This document shows, one piece after another, positions 51,081-64,000 of a DNA stretch of 64,000 nt. A program made the position numbers and the translations under genes. Each line of letters starts with the position of its first letter. Position 1 is the stretch's first letter. Location: positions 14,606 through 78,605 of the forward strand of contig ML996709.1 of the NCBI GenBank assembly GCA_010356995.1. The letters run 5' to 3'. The DNA comes from Trichodelitschia bisporula (taxonomy: Eukaryota). The notes under the pieces were generated by a model, which was given only the letters and a program-made list of their open reading frames with translations, was not told where the DNA came from and made no database searches.

Positions 51081-52288
51081 CTACAACTTCGCCTCCGGCG
51101 GCTGCTTCAGCCTGACCACGCCCTCCTGCACGCAGCTCGCAATCAACTTGCCCTCGCGCGTCCACATGCGCTGATACACCAAACCTCGGCCATCTCCCGC
51201 CCACGGCGTCTCCATCTCAGTAAAGATCCACTCATCAGCGCGGAACCCACGCGGATCGTGAAAGTAAATGGTATGGTCAAGCGACACCATCATGCTGACC
51301 TCAGGCCGCACCTTGCGCAGTCGGTTCTGCACATACTCCTCCATGCCCTGCCTGCGCTGCTCGTCGTCGCCGTCGCGCAGCTGCGCGAGCACGTCTTCGT
51401 CGACCACCGTCTCCGAATTCTCCGTGTTCTTGGCCCACGGCGGGGTCGTGGTTGGAGAAGGAGTAGTGCGTACTGATGGCGCGGTTGTCTTCGCGGGCGC
51501 GGGAATGCGCCATAGCTTGTGCACCCGCGACACGGTCCCGATGAAGTAGCTGTCCGACATGTAGGCCATCGCAGCGAGATGCGCTTGGTGGCCGCCGGCG
51601 GGGGAAATGCGGCCGCGCGCCTTGATCCACTGGCGCGTCTTCTTGGTGTGCGGGTGCGGGGAGTCGTCTGAGGCGATGTTAAGCTCGGCGCGCTGGATAG
51701 CTCGCAAAGCCGAGTTCGACTTACTATTCAGAATATCGATGCGCTGCGACTGAAACGGGCCGTCTACGCCCTGTGGCAGACGCAGATCCCCAAAGTCCGT
51801 CTCGACGGGCTCGGGCACGTACGGCATGTTGACCTCGTGCTGCACTAGGAGCTTCCCGCCGGCGCCCTCACGGACGAAGCTCATCGTCGTCGTGAAGATG
51901 GCCTTACCGCGCTGGCGCGCCTGCACGGTGCGCGTCGCGAATGACCGGCCCTGCCGTACGTTCTCGACGTGGTATATGACGGGAATGTCTGCGTTGCCCG
52001 CTAGCACGAAGTAGCAGTGCATGCTGTGGATCCAGAAGTCTTCGGGGACGGTTTTCTGCGCTGCCACGAGGCATTGGGCGATCACGGCGCCGCCGTAGAC
52101 GCCGCGCGCGCCGGGTGGGTGCCATAGTGGCCGGGTGTTGGTGTAGAGGTTCTGCGGGGTTGGTACGCGGCGCAAGTCGGGGCAATGGGACTTACTGGAT
52201 CAATGGGGTCGAGATACGTCAGCTCGAGGACGTTTTCGATCTCCGCCTTGGACGGGTCGATAGGAGGGGGGCGAATGAGCGTCGCCAT
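51081..52288 (-). CDS. TES1: Acyl-CoA thioesterase II (TesB/Tes1/ACOT8)
   Basis: LWHPPGARGVYGGAVIAQ, HSMHCYFVLAG, MAYMSD, MMVSLDHTIYFH and SCVQEG motifs; two introns. Confidence 0.93.
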
Positions 52289-53186
52289 GGTGTTGCGACG
52301 AGACGTGTTCAGCGGGGATGTTGACGGCGATGCTAACGGCGATAACGGAGTGGGAAGTCGAAGTGCACTCGGGTGCGAGAGAGTGGAGAAGCAGGACGAT
52401 TTCAGGAGATCATATGTCAGGAGATTCGCAAGTCGTGTCGTTGACCGCGGCATCACATCTCTTTTTTGGGCAGCGACGCGGGCGATTGATTACCTTGCCA
52501 ATGATCATATCCTGGGACCGGGTTACGTCGGTCAACTCGGGTGGTGGCTCAAGCCCATGTTCGGTTTCCCATCCGCAGTCCAGGCCGAGGTCCAACTCTC
52601 CGCCAAACAAACCATACGCCTCCCGACGACCTCCTCTCCAGCGCCCGCTTCACTTTTTGCGGCGTACTGGCCGTGAAGTGAACCTAGCAATCAATGGTTA
52701 CTAATCGATGTGGTCGACGGCTTGGTGAGCTGAATTGGCAAAAGTCTGGCAGTTATCGCGATATTGCGACATGCATGCATCTTCCTCGACGGCGGTATAA
52801 CCACCGCGGCATCTGCTCCTCATCATGTACCGTAATTCTGCTAACCCAATCTAGACTCAGCCTTGCGTTAATATGACTCTGTCAGGCTGTCGGGCTGTCA
52901 GCGTCAGACACCATCGCGATGGGGCTCAGATGCCCCTACCTAGAGCAACAGCGGCAGTCACCACTCCGTGGTTTCTACTAGAAGCAGGCATCGTCGACCA
53001 TCTGCTCCTGCACCCAGTATGCCAAAGCCAGCCCACCCAGTACTTGACCGCTCTTGTTTTTGGACTCTCCTTTCTCTTCCTCATCCCGCCTATCCTGTTC
53101 ACTTCCCATCCTCACAACAGAACCTTTGCCGAACCTTTTCTTGCATCAAGACCTGAGTTTCAATTCAATCTCCAGCTTTCCCAACA

Positions 53187-54716
53187 ATGTCCTCATTTCC
53201 TACTGTCGTGATTGTGCACGATGCCTGGCTTACCCCGGAGCACTACGCCACACTGATCGACGAACTCACCTCGGATGGGTTCCCCGTCGCCTGTCCGCAC
53301 CTCCCGACTGGCGGCGAGAACGCTGGCTTCAACGACGACTGCTCGTTCATTCATTCACTGGTGTTTGACCTTGCCTGCGAAGGGCATCCCATCCTGATCC
53401 TCGCCCACGGCTATGGCGCCTTTGTCGCTACCGAAGTCGCCCATGACCTCAGCTGGAAGAACGAAGCGAAGAAGGGCCAACAACGCCTCGCCGGCGGCGT
53501 AGTGGGCTTGATCTTTCTCGCCTCCTTCCTGCCGAGCTACGGCCACAAGTGGGTTGATAGTTTTGGCGGAGAGTGGCCCGACTTTATTCCACTCAAGGTT
53601 GGTAGCTAGCAGTTGGAATCCGACACCCCGCTCCATCGCCGTCAAATTCGTGATGCTGACTGTCGTAACCAGGATGGCAAGGTGACCCTCGTCCACCCCG
53701 AAGCTCTCTTTAATAGCCTTGGGAACATGCAGCGGATGCACTGGATCACCCATCTGGGCCCCTTCAACGCCAAAGTGGGCGACATTGTCATCACGGCCCC
53801 TGTTCCGGCATGGATCCAAACCCAAACCACCTACGTGGTCTGCGAGCAAGATCTGCTCTGCGACAAGGATCTCGCGCTGAAGAACCTCGACAATGCGCGG
53901 CGGGTCAACCCGACGGCCAAGATCGACACCGAAGTTCTGCAGCTCGACCACAACCCTTTCTTGGCCGACTCCAAGGCCATCAGCCACATCGTAACTGCCG
54001 CAGCAGTCAAGGCCAAGGACTTGATTGGCCCGGATACCTCTGGCGACACTGATGGGGCGAATGATGCTTGTCCTGCTTCGAACTGGGGCGCTCCGACCAA
54101 GGACTCCGTGCTGGCTCAGCCGAAATGCCGTGGGCATGTGTGCGATCGCGTCCCCGAACAGCAGCCAAAGTCCCCTAGGCGCGTTGGGCAGGCCTTCGAC
54201 AGCCGTGACACGCATATTCCTCTCAGTGCCGATGCCGACGACCAAAAGCCAGCTGGCGACGCTGATGTTGGCAAAGCCACCGATGGTGCCGACGACCCGA
54301 AAGACGTATCGCTCCCTCGCCGCGTCAAGACCGAACCCGCGCCCACACGTAAGACGAAGCCCGAGAAGGAGGAAATCTCAGTCCAGTCACAAGAGTACGT
54401 GGAGTCCGTCTCCGACGACGACGGCAAGAAGTGTCCCTGCAAAGACGGTCAGTGCCAGGGCTGCGATTGTGAAGCTGAACGCATTCCGGGTTGCAAGTGC
54501 CGCAAGGCCGACGATGGCGAAGGCGAGGAAGATGTTGAGGGTGAGGGCCGCGACCCGTATCGGAGTTGGGACTCTGGCCTTGCTGATTATGGTGATGACT
54601 CAGAAAAGAACTCCGTGAGCACTACGGGCCGGAGTGAGACTGCTAAGTCGGATCCTGGTACCCTGGGGCGCTATACGGGCGGTGCAGCGCTGGATCGTTC
54701 GGCTACGGCTTTGTGA
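53187..54716 (+). CDS. Alpha/beta-hydrolase-fold protein lacking the canonical Ser, with a long acidic, Cys-rich tail
   Basis: VIVHDAW; ILAHGYGA; GLIFLASF; TTYVVCEQD; DHNPFL. Intron about 53598-53672. Confidence 0.7.
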
Positions 54717-55150
54717 TGGCTCGATCGCCAATTGTTGAGGAGGCTGGATGTCCAACACAACCCGTATCGGGTTCTCTTTGGGCGGGAAGTTGCTCTAAAC
54801 AGACTTTTCTGCTGTATTCCATAGTGCTTCTGAGTGGGTTGAGTGGTGTTCTTGCTACATGGCAGTTTAAGTGCACTCGATTGAATCCTGTTCTTTCTCG
54901 CTTTCTTTGTTTTGAGCTTGAACTTGAAGCTGTTGTACCAACGTACCTGGAAATCTCTTATCAGTGACGTACCTCTTCCCCTCCATATTTGCTCTTGCCT
55001 CGGCTTCCTGAGATCCTGCCGTGCCTGCATCAGATACTCATTGTCCCTTCCCTAGCCTTTCAAGCTAACTAAGCAACCAAAAGTCATCTCAAGTCGCCAA
55101 CATCATCACCACAACTACAGCGACATCACTACATCACGTCCACAGAAGCC

Positions 55151-56250
55151 ATGAGTGATTCCTTCGTCTCCGCCCCTTCGACAGAATCTCAATTCGAAAG
55201 GCCTCCGCACTGGCTTCCGGCTCTCAAACAAACCTGGCCGGAACCAGCTCAACACCGACCCTCCATCCTTCGCTGGCTCCGCTGCTACGCCTTCAACATC
55301 CCACTACTCGTCGCCACGGGACTCCTCGGGATCCAACTGCGGCGGTATCTCCTCCGCACGCTCTTCCACTCTCCTCCATTTTAACATCCTCACTCACCTT
55401 CAACTCGTCCCGCTAATTTGCTCCTAGCATCGTAAACCCTCGAGACCGCCCCGTCCCTCGATCCTACATAGACGGCTCCATCCCCACCCTCTCCTACCCG
55501 CTTTACCCCGAGGGCGTACCCATGTGGGCTGAAGCTCTCTTCATTGTCCTCACAACCGGCTTCGTGTATGGGATAATGGCGCTATTCATGCGCTCCTTCT
55601 GGGACCTCAACAACGCCATCATAGGTACCCTGACAGCGGTCGTAGTCGGCGGCATCTTCCAGCTCAATGTAAAGTGGTTAATCGGTGGGCTGCGCCCCAA
55701 CTTCCTCAGCATCTGCAATCCGGCCATACCGCCCCCTGGGGCATCGCATAAGCTGGCGCCGCGGACAGAGTGCGCTTTCCATATCTATTGTCCGCTGTGC
55801 ATATACTGATGAAGCAGCATGTACATGGTCTCCGACCTCTGTCACCCAACCAACCAGGACATGTACGTCGACGCCCAGCAATCCTTCCCCTCGGGGCACA
55901 CGACCACGGCCTTTGCATCCATGCTTTTCCTCAGCATGTACTTACATGGCAAGCTGGGGAGCAGGTGGGCGACACCGGCTGGACCGAGTCGGCCCGCTGC
56001 CGCACAGCCGCCATTTTGGTACTGGGTGGTGCTGAGTGTGCCACTGCTAGCGGCTTGTCTGATCGCGGGTGCTATGTGGATTAGTCAGTGGCATCATTGG
56101 TGGGAGCTGTTGGCCGGGGGGGTCATTGGGGCTTTGGCCGGGTACATGGTGTATCGAGGTATGTATCAAAGGGGCATCGATGGGGTGCGGGGCGTGCCGA
56201 TTGTGCCGCGGGCGGCGGGCGGGGGAAAGGCGGCTAGACCAGTGGATTGA
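55151..56250 (+). CDS. PAP2-family lipid phosphate phosphatase
   Basis: KWLIGGLRPNF, SFPSGH and QWHHWWE motifs; transmembrane segments; introns 55345-55427 and 55770-55817. Confidence 0.85.
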
Positions 56251-56384
56251 GGGTGGATCGAAGGTGCGTTACTGGAGCGGGCCCTAAGTTGGAGTTTTCA
56301 TCGATGCGTTTGATTCCTAGCTACTCCCGTCCTCCTTGCAGGGCTACTACAAATAGAGAGAATCACCAATCCTCCAACAACTAC

Positions 56385-56924
56385 CTAGCCGCTTGCCGCC
56401 CAGACGGGAGCCTTCATCTGCTGTCCAGCCGGCATCGCACACTCGCCGTTCTTGCAAACCACATCGGTCGGGTTGACAGTAAGGCGCGCGAAGGTGGTGG
56501 CGCTGTCGAAGGGGGGATCGCCGAGGGAGGGGTCCTTGAACGAATGCTTGATCTCGAGCGCGAAGGTGGAGGTGCTGTTGAACTTGGAGAGGTAGAACGA
56601 GAAGGCGGGGTTGCTGCAGCGGACCTGGCGGGACGTTAGTTCTATTTTGGTGGGGGAAAGGGAAGGATCGAAGGGTCATCATGCACGTACCCAGTTGCTC
56701 GGGAAGCCGCTCAGACGAGTCCAAGCGGCGCCGCAGGAGGTCGTTTCGTCCGCCACGGGCTCCGAGTCGTGCACGGAGAACATGAGGGTTGTCTGCGTGG
56801 TGTTGGTCCGCACGGCGCTCGAGAGCGTGGTGATGGCGTAGCCGGTCGAGGTGAAGACGGCGCGGCTGGAGGCCAGAGGGAGGAGGGTGAGGAGGAGGGT
56901 GAGGAGGAATTGGATTGAGTACAT
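56385..56924 (-). CDS. Small secreted 4-Cys protein (possibly Alt a 1-like fold)
   Basis: Signal peptide; intron 56625-56690 joins ..TTSCGAAW..FPSNW | VRCSNPAFSF..LEIKHSFKDP..VVCKNGEC..AASG*. Confidence 0.65.
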
Positions 56925-58035
56925 GGTTGCTTGGTTGGGGATTTGGGTTGGGGAATTGATTTTCGGTGTGAGATGGAGTTGGTTTGGGTTGGAGTGAGGT
57001 TGTTCTGTTGTTGGGGCCGGGTTTTATATCGCTGGTGATGTCTTGGAGCAGCGACGTCGGGCAGCACAGCGAGGGTAGGAACGAGCGACGTGGGTGGGAA
57101 GCGGCGAGAGCCAAGGTGGAAAGAGTGAAGCACAACGGACGAGAACAGACAATAGCAACAGAACCTTACACAGTAGGACCGTCCTCGTACTTACATATTG
57201 CCCTCGAGAAGACCGTTGCGGCTCCCTCTCCGCGACGGATCATGCATGTACACAAGCCCGGCGGCTCGCCCATTCACCCTCCCGCCTGCCCAACCAAGCG
57301 CCTGTGGCCTTGGTGATCGGTGGTAGGGAGCATCGGAAGGCAGCCTTGTGCTCTTCAGATGGATACGGGTTCCAATTGCGGTTGATGATGCACCTGCAAT
57401 CTGGAAGGGGGGGTGCTGTCGTTGGTTGCGCCGCATTCGCGATTTTGGACGTCGTCTGGCATCGACGCCTGATTGGAGGCGGGTGATGCCGAGCGAATAT
57501 CCGACACGACCACTCACCTCTACGTGTGTCACGGAGAGAAGAGATGGATGAGAGGCGACTTTGCTATCACCAATAGACCACGGCAGATCTCATGATATTT
57601 GTTGCTTACGTCCGCAATCCGTGGTTCCATTGATTCTCTAGCCCAACATTCCTATGGCGCCTAGTTCGATGCTCGTTTCTTCCTCCGGCTCGGCTCTTCC
57701 TTCGGTGTTTCGGCTTCAACATGGCGTAGTCCATTCCTCCTCCACGTGTTGGGTATAGCTTTTGATGGGAGCGGTGTGCGTCATCTCGAAGCGCCTCAGC
57801 CGAGGCGGATTCATTCTCGAAGGTCTTTGCCAAGTGTACGTACGGTACCGCATGCCGGCGACACCTCACGTGTTCCCCAATGTTGCACCACAGCAATGGA
57901 AAAAGGATGACATTATGTTTCACGCCATTCAAGCGACCCGCCCGCCATCCAATCCCGCCAGCCAGATACAACCCCTCGACGTTATTCACCATCGTCCCAT
58001 GCCATCCGCGCTATGTCCTGCTATGAAAAGGGTTA

Positions 58036-60184
58036 CTAACCCCGCCGCGCCGCCCCCCTTACCAGCTCATTGAACGCCGTCTCAATGCCCTTCTTCAACT
58101 CCTTGTAGCTGATAATCAAGCTGGTCTGCTCGTCCCGGCTGACAAGGTTGATCAACTCCGCGCTACCCGCATCCAGCTTGTTCAAACACGTGATGATATG
58201 GCCCAAATCCACCACCGGCCGCCCATTCTCGTCAACGGCGTGGAAGACGTAGTCGCGGAAGAGCTTGAGGTAGTACCTCTCGCCAGTCTCGCTCCACTGC
58301 TCGTTGTGCTCGTACTCGGGCCGCTCGTTGATCAGCCCCAGCTTCGCCATCAGCCGCACCAGCCGCCCGTTCTCCAGTTCGCCCATCAGCATGCTGTACA
58401 ACGTGTCCTCGGCATGGAACGTATTGTCCAGCACCGTCGTCACCTCTGATGCGATGCCAGTCAAGAAGATGTCAATATTCTTCTCCGGATGCGGGTTCGC
58501 CGGCGTGTTAGGTGGGTGCAGCAGCCACGTCACAGCATCCTTAAGCCGAGGCGAGTAGTGGCGCGTGAGATGGTCCAGCGCCTTGGGCATGTTGAGCGTG
58601 GCGTTAGCATTGCTGGCGATGCAAAGTACCAACCGCCCGAGCTGCAGAAAGTCGTCTTGCTGCTGCTCCTCAACCGGCGGCAGCGCGTCGCATTTGACAA
58701 GGTCAACGATTCCACACCCATTGAGCCGGATGCGGTTCTTGGACGTCAGCAGCACCTTGCTCGGGGAAATCACCTGTGCCGCCAGCCCGCTCGAGTGGAT
58801 GGCCTTGAGCGCTGATGCAGTCTGCACCAAGTAGCTCCACAGCACCGCCTCGGAAACAGCCTGCGGCTGCGCGCGGCTCTGGAAGCGCGGGTTTGGGTTG
58901 TGATGGAGGTGTGTCTCCGTCAGCGTCTTCGAGTTGGGGTGGTAGTCAGTCACGAAGATGAGCGAGCTGTCGCCAAAGTCGCGCGTTGTGAAGGCTTCGT
59001 GAATGGACACTACGCTGCCATTGTTGATGCGTTTCCACGGCCGCACCGCGAGGATCGCCTTTTCGTTCGTGAGCCGGTACCCTGGCCCGTCAGCACGCCC
59101 CGCATTGAGAGACATCACCTACCTTCGAGCCGGCGCAGCGCGTACAGCTTGCCATCCTTGCCGGAGGTCGCCTTGTAAGCCCACGTGACGTATCCAAAGG
59201 TCGTCGTGTTGCGCTGGTTGTTGGTGTCGAGCGGAACAAGGGAGTGGAAGTGGTCAACGGTCACGGGGAGCGTAGAGTCTGCATGTTAGCGGCGCGGTTA
59301 AAGTCTAGCTAAGGCATACTGGGCAGTGTCTGCAGCGAAGCCTCGGCCTTGCGCTGAAGCTCTTCTCGCAGCTTATCGGGAATGAAGAAATCGTGGCTTG
59401 CGCGCTGATACGGGAGCAGGTTCTCGCGATGCGGGCCCATGGGCGCGTAGTTGTGGTATTGAGCCTGCGATGTGAGCAACATAACTACATACCTACAAAA
59501 CATACCGGTTGCGCAAAAGCGTTGGCACCTTGGTGAAAGAACGAGCCGGCCATGCTGGTGGGATCCGTGGCGTAGGGATTTATCTGCTGTTGATGGCCGG
59601 CCATGCCGGACACAGATGCCAGAGAATAAGGGTCGTAAGAACTAAGGAGACTGGCGGCAACCTGCTGGTCGGCCTGCTGCATGAGGCTGGAGTCAAAGGT
59701 TTGCGGTACAAATTCACGGAACTCGCGTGACCAGTCTGACTGAGGCGAAGTTTGCGTTGTGTTGGCGGCCGTGACAGTGTTCGTTTTTGGAGTGAATGGA
59801 GCAGCGTTTGCTGATTTGGGGGATATTGTAGTGCTGCGGGCGGCACCATTACTTGCGGGTTGCAGCGGTTTAAAGGATGGAGAGTCGACATTCAATCGCC
59901 GACCAGATCTGTGAGAGCGATGTTCAGCAGGGACCAAAACGCGCTGCGCCCAACTCACTTGTCACCGTTTGCTGACTTGTCCACGTTGTGGTTGTAGAGG
60001 CAACCTTCATTCTCGAAGCGACAATGCCCAAAAAGTCCAATGTTCCGGCAGATGGTGTTGCGGGAGTTCTCTGGGAACGCGTGAGCTCAATACCCACGCA
60101 CCACTTAGCACACGTACCCCGCCCTTTGGGACGTGGAGACACGACCCCGCGGCCACCGGGACTACCCCCAATTGATGTAGCCAT
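58036..60184 (-). CDS. PAN3: PAN2-PAN3 deadenylase subunit PAN3
   Basis: C3H finger CRNIGLFGHC..GCLYNH; LNVDSPSFKP; pseudokinase HEAFTTRDFGDSSLIFVTDYHP; ELENGRLVRL; WSETGERY; CLNKLDAG. Confidence 0.95.
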
Positions 60185-61636
60185 GTCTACGTCTATCTCG
60201 TACGTTGCTGGATCTAAAGAATAGGTTGCATCTGAGGGAGAAGACTCGAGAGGACAGGCGCATGCGGGTGGGGTTGACGAAGGAGGGGCTTTAACAAAGG
60301 ATAAAGCGGGGATGGATGCAAAAGCACGCCGGAGGCTCCAGGAAGCAGCAGCAGTAGGCGGATGGAAGGCGCTGTGATCGTTAGCCGTTCGATCCATCTT
60401 GAGCGGTGTTGTTCTCAGACGGGCGGCTTGCATTGTCCTACCTTCTGAAGGCTGGTGGAAGTGGGTGGTGGCTTAAAAGGCCGGTAGCAACAACGCCATG
60501 GCCGACAACTTGCCACTGCCGTTGAGAGGACTGGTATAAGGGATCATGGGGGGGAAGGAAAGACTAAAGGATAAGCATTGGGGTATTCCGACCAGATAAT
60601 GTGGTATAAGCAACGCGGCTGCGTCGCTGAGGCGTCTGAAGTCCGACGGTAAGGCGGTGAGGGAGGGCAGAATAGTTTGGGAGCCACAGACTGGCTAAGA
60701 TTAGAATGATGTGGGACAGGGGAACGTCAAACAATAATTTGGCAACAGGACCGCTGGAACAGAGCTATCGAGCAGTATTTTGAGCTGCGTCTTTGACCAT
60801 CTCTACAATGTGACGTGTTCTGACCTTGGGAATATACTGAACGCAAATCGAAAGATGAATCCCCAGATGTCAGACAAAGACTATTCCTGGTCCGCGCATC
60901 CGGCAGACCATCACTCTTTGTCAAAGAGAGCCTCCTTCCAGCTCAACAGTGACATAGGATGTTTCCCGGTCGACGTTGGCTCAAATGTTCACACAAATCG
61001 ATCGGATAGACGATGTCTTCTAGGCTCACTCCAAAGGTCCTGCGCCTGCTGGTGACGGAAGATGCAGAGCGATTCCAACATCTGCAGGCTAACCGGAGTC
61101 GCTCGATTTGCAACATGACCATTCTTTCTCCTCAAGGACGAGATATCGCATGCCTCGATTGCTATCGTGATTGCAACCAACCTTGTCACTCTCTGGCGAA
61201 CCGTTTGCTGAGCATTGTGTTTCCCTAGGCCCCTGACGTACGTCTGTATAACAACCTGTGGTATTGATTCTGATAAAAGCCTCCTCTGGGCCGATGATAT
61301 CTTTGAAAGAACAGCGATATATGCCGGAGATGCTATGCGCGTCGTGATGCATTTTGCTACATCAGTTTCTGATGGCTTTAAAAGTTCAACAGGAGACCTC
61401 TGTTTTATCTTTGAGATAGGGGTTGAGAATTATACGAGCTCTGCAGCGTGCTCCAGTCACTTGAAGGAAAGCGGAAGATATAAAGCGAAGGTGTTTCCTG
61501 TTGCCTTTCACAAGGCAGATCTCTTGGACGACGCAATATGGTGATGTTGCCACGTGACACCGACTGGCCAAGCCAACAGCTCTGGCAACAACGTTACTCC
61601 CTCTCCTTCACCATCCTTAGAAATTCCTCAGCAACC

Positions 61637-63190
61637 ATGAGCTCGCAAAACGGTGGTGTCGACCTGGACAGCCTCACAGACGACCAGCGCGCAGTTCTGC
61701 AGGAGTATATCGGTGTCACACAGCAGGATGCCGCAGCCGCCGTCCCGCTACTGCAGCGGACGCAATGGAATATCCAAGTAAGGCACTCGCAAGCTACATT
61801 TCTTTCGTTTGCTGACCACTAGATCGCCATCGCACGCTTCTTTGATGGCGAGCCTGCCACTGATCCCGTGGCTGAAGCACTGGCCGCAGCTCCGCCCGAC
61901 CCGCGCCGTGAAGAGGTGCTCATGAACGGCTTCTCGAGCCGGCGCAACCGCAACCCGAACCTCGAGCCTGCGCCTCGGATAGTACCACAACGAGACACAC
62001 AAGTCAGCGCGCCGCTCATCCTTACGCTGCTGTTAACTCCGTTCTCCCTTCTCTACGCCATTCTCTCCCGAACGTTCCGCTTTACCGGGTGGCTATTCCC
62101 GTTCCTTCCCCGCATATTCGCGCGTTTCAGTGGACTAGGGCCAGGAAATACTCGGTGGAGCAATGGGCGGGTCGCTCTCAAGCCCCGCGACACCGCGGCA
62201 CGGTTTATACGCGAGTTTGAGGAGCAGTACAGCCCGGACACGCTGCCGTTCGTGGAGAACGGCTACGCGCAGGCCCTCGACGCTGCGAAGCAGGACCTCA
62301 AGTTCCTGCTAGTTATACTCATATCTCCGGAGCACGACGACACCTCGGCATATGTCCACGACACGCTCCTGGCGCCCTCTGTCCGGGACTTCCTTCGCTC
62401 CGCGTCCGACAGCCTCCTAATCTGGGGTGGCAACGTTCAGGATGCCGAAGCCTACCAGGTTTCCGAGAAACTCGGGCTCTCCAAGTTTCCATTCGCCGCC
62501 CTCATCTGCCACACTCCCTCCGTGTCCTCGACCGCCATGTCCATCGTCGCCCGCCTCACCGGCCCACTCCCACCCGCCACCTTCCTCTCCCAGCTCCAGC
62601 AGGCCATCGAGCGGCACGGCCCCGGACTCGACCGTGCCCGTCGTGCAAAGCAGGAGCAGCAGGCCGCGCGCTCGATCAGGGAGCAGCAAAACTCCGCGTA
62701 TGAGCGTAGTCTAGCACAGGACCGTGAGCGCGCGCGGCGCAAGCGTGAAGAGGAAGAAGCGAAGGCACGGGTGGAAGAGGAGGCAAAGCGTGCGGAGGAA
62801 GCGAAGCTGGCATACGAGCGTGATTTGCAGGCCTGGCGGGTGTGGCGCGCGGGGCAGATTGTTCCTGAGCCTGCTCAGGACGACAAGGAAGCCGTGCGGA
62901 TCAGCATTCGCCTACCGGATGGGAAGCGCGTGGTTCGTCGGTTTGGGCCGCGGCTGGGGCTGGAGGAGTTATATGCCTTTGTCGAGTGTCACGATCTGGT
63001 TGGGACAGGCGAGACAGGTGGGTCGAAGCCTGTGGGCTTTACCCCTCAATACGGTTTCCGCCTCGTTAGCCCGATGCCGAGGGAAGTGTACTCTGTGGAT
63101 GGGGCGGGGACGGTGCGGGAGCGGATTGGGCGAAATGGGAACTTGATTGTAGAGCCTGTTGGAGAGGATGAAGATGAAGAGGAGCAGTAG
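61637..63190 (+). CDS. UBX domain protein (UBA-like, UAS, coiled coil, UBX; Ubx2/FAF2-like)
   Basis: LLQRTQWNIQ|IAIARFFD; FIREFEEQY; KFLLVILISPEHDD; REQQNSAYERSLAQDRER; IRLPDGKRVVRRF; SPMPR. Confidence 0.9.
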
Positions 63191-64000
63191 CGATATTGTC
63201 ATCATTTGCGGGGTGCATTGCTGGCGTCATTTGAATGTAGACAGACTTGTTTAACAGCGTGTGAGGGGCGTTCTGGGCGGGCCTTCTTGTGCACGCTTTT
63301 GGATTGGGTATAGAGGAGGACAGGCGGGGTGGATCGCGATCCAACGGGTGTTGGGTGTGGGGTGTATGGTCCAGCGTGGTTGCGAATGAGGGCACGGTGA
63401 TTACGGTATATTGCCCGTTGTATGTAGCCCGGGCCAGGCGCTTAATATGGCACTCTGTTCGGCGCGCTTGTTTCCTGGTTTGTGCTGTTGTTACGGGCGG
63501 GGGTGGGATATATGTGAGCGCTATTGTTGGGGGGGGGGGACGTACTTTGCGGTTACCGTGGTATGGGATGATATCTAATGGCCGTGGTGAGGGGTATCTG
63601 CAGCCACCATCTCCTCGGACTGTCCACTGACGTTGGCGTAGTTGCGATACCTCTGTCCCTATATGCCCAAGAAACACAAACAGATGATCTTCACCCGCCT
63701 AGCACTAACATACCATCCGTCCCCAAAACGGCAACCTGCCAACCTGACGATCACTCGGCGCCGTCCAGAGCCGCCCGTTAGCCCACCCAGTCGCGCTGTC
63801 GAACGGTGTCAGCCGCCCGCGGGACCCCCAATCTATGCCCCGCGTATATTACGGGCTGCGTAGAGTGCTCGTCTACCTGGCGCAGGCGGGGTATATCCGG
63901 CCGGGTGCGCGAGCTTCCTGCTCTCGCCGCTAGGACTGCGGTTCCTGGACTCGGCGTGCGTGGCTGTTTATGGGTCTGTATATAGCGGGCGTGTCTGCTG

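Noticed and set aside
60727..61571. Short ORFs between PAN3 and the UBX gene
   Set aside because: Fragmentary, with no recognisable homology; may be a gene relic but cannot be supported.

Overview
Intron-rich genomic DNA from a filamentous ascomycete (Pezizomycotina-like genes). Two arms of mostly conserved genes flank an accessory block of about 19 kb. The left arm has a GH27 alpha-galactosidase, con-6, a Poc4-like chaperone, carnosine N-methyltransferase, MRPS9, EF-1gamma with an intronic snR38-type snoRNA, PDE1, adenosine kinase, an Est1/SMG7-like gene and a C2H2 gene. The right arm has acyl-CoA thioesterase II, an alpha/beta-hydrolase-like gene, a PAP2 phosphatase, a small secreted protein, PAN3 and a UBX protein. 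The block (about 31.5-50.75 kb) holds AT-richer decayed sequence, three copies of a 200-220 bp MITE and an old LTR-like repeat pair. It also holds a young Ty3/Gypsy chromovirus with identical 208-bp LTRs, a GGTTT target-site duplication, a Tf1-type self-priming PBS, a -1 frameshift signal and an RT/RNase H deletion. The block ends with two co-oriented damaged genes: a small spliced Tyr/Ser/Asn/Gly-rich gene missed by the ORF track, and a cellular reverse-transcriptase-related rvt gene with one in-frame TAG and apparently one catalytic Asp missing. All family calls come from motif recognition by eye; no searches were run.
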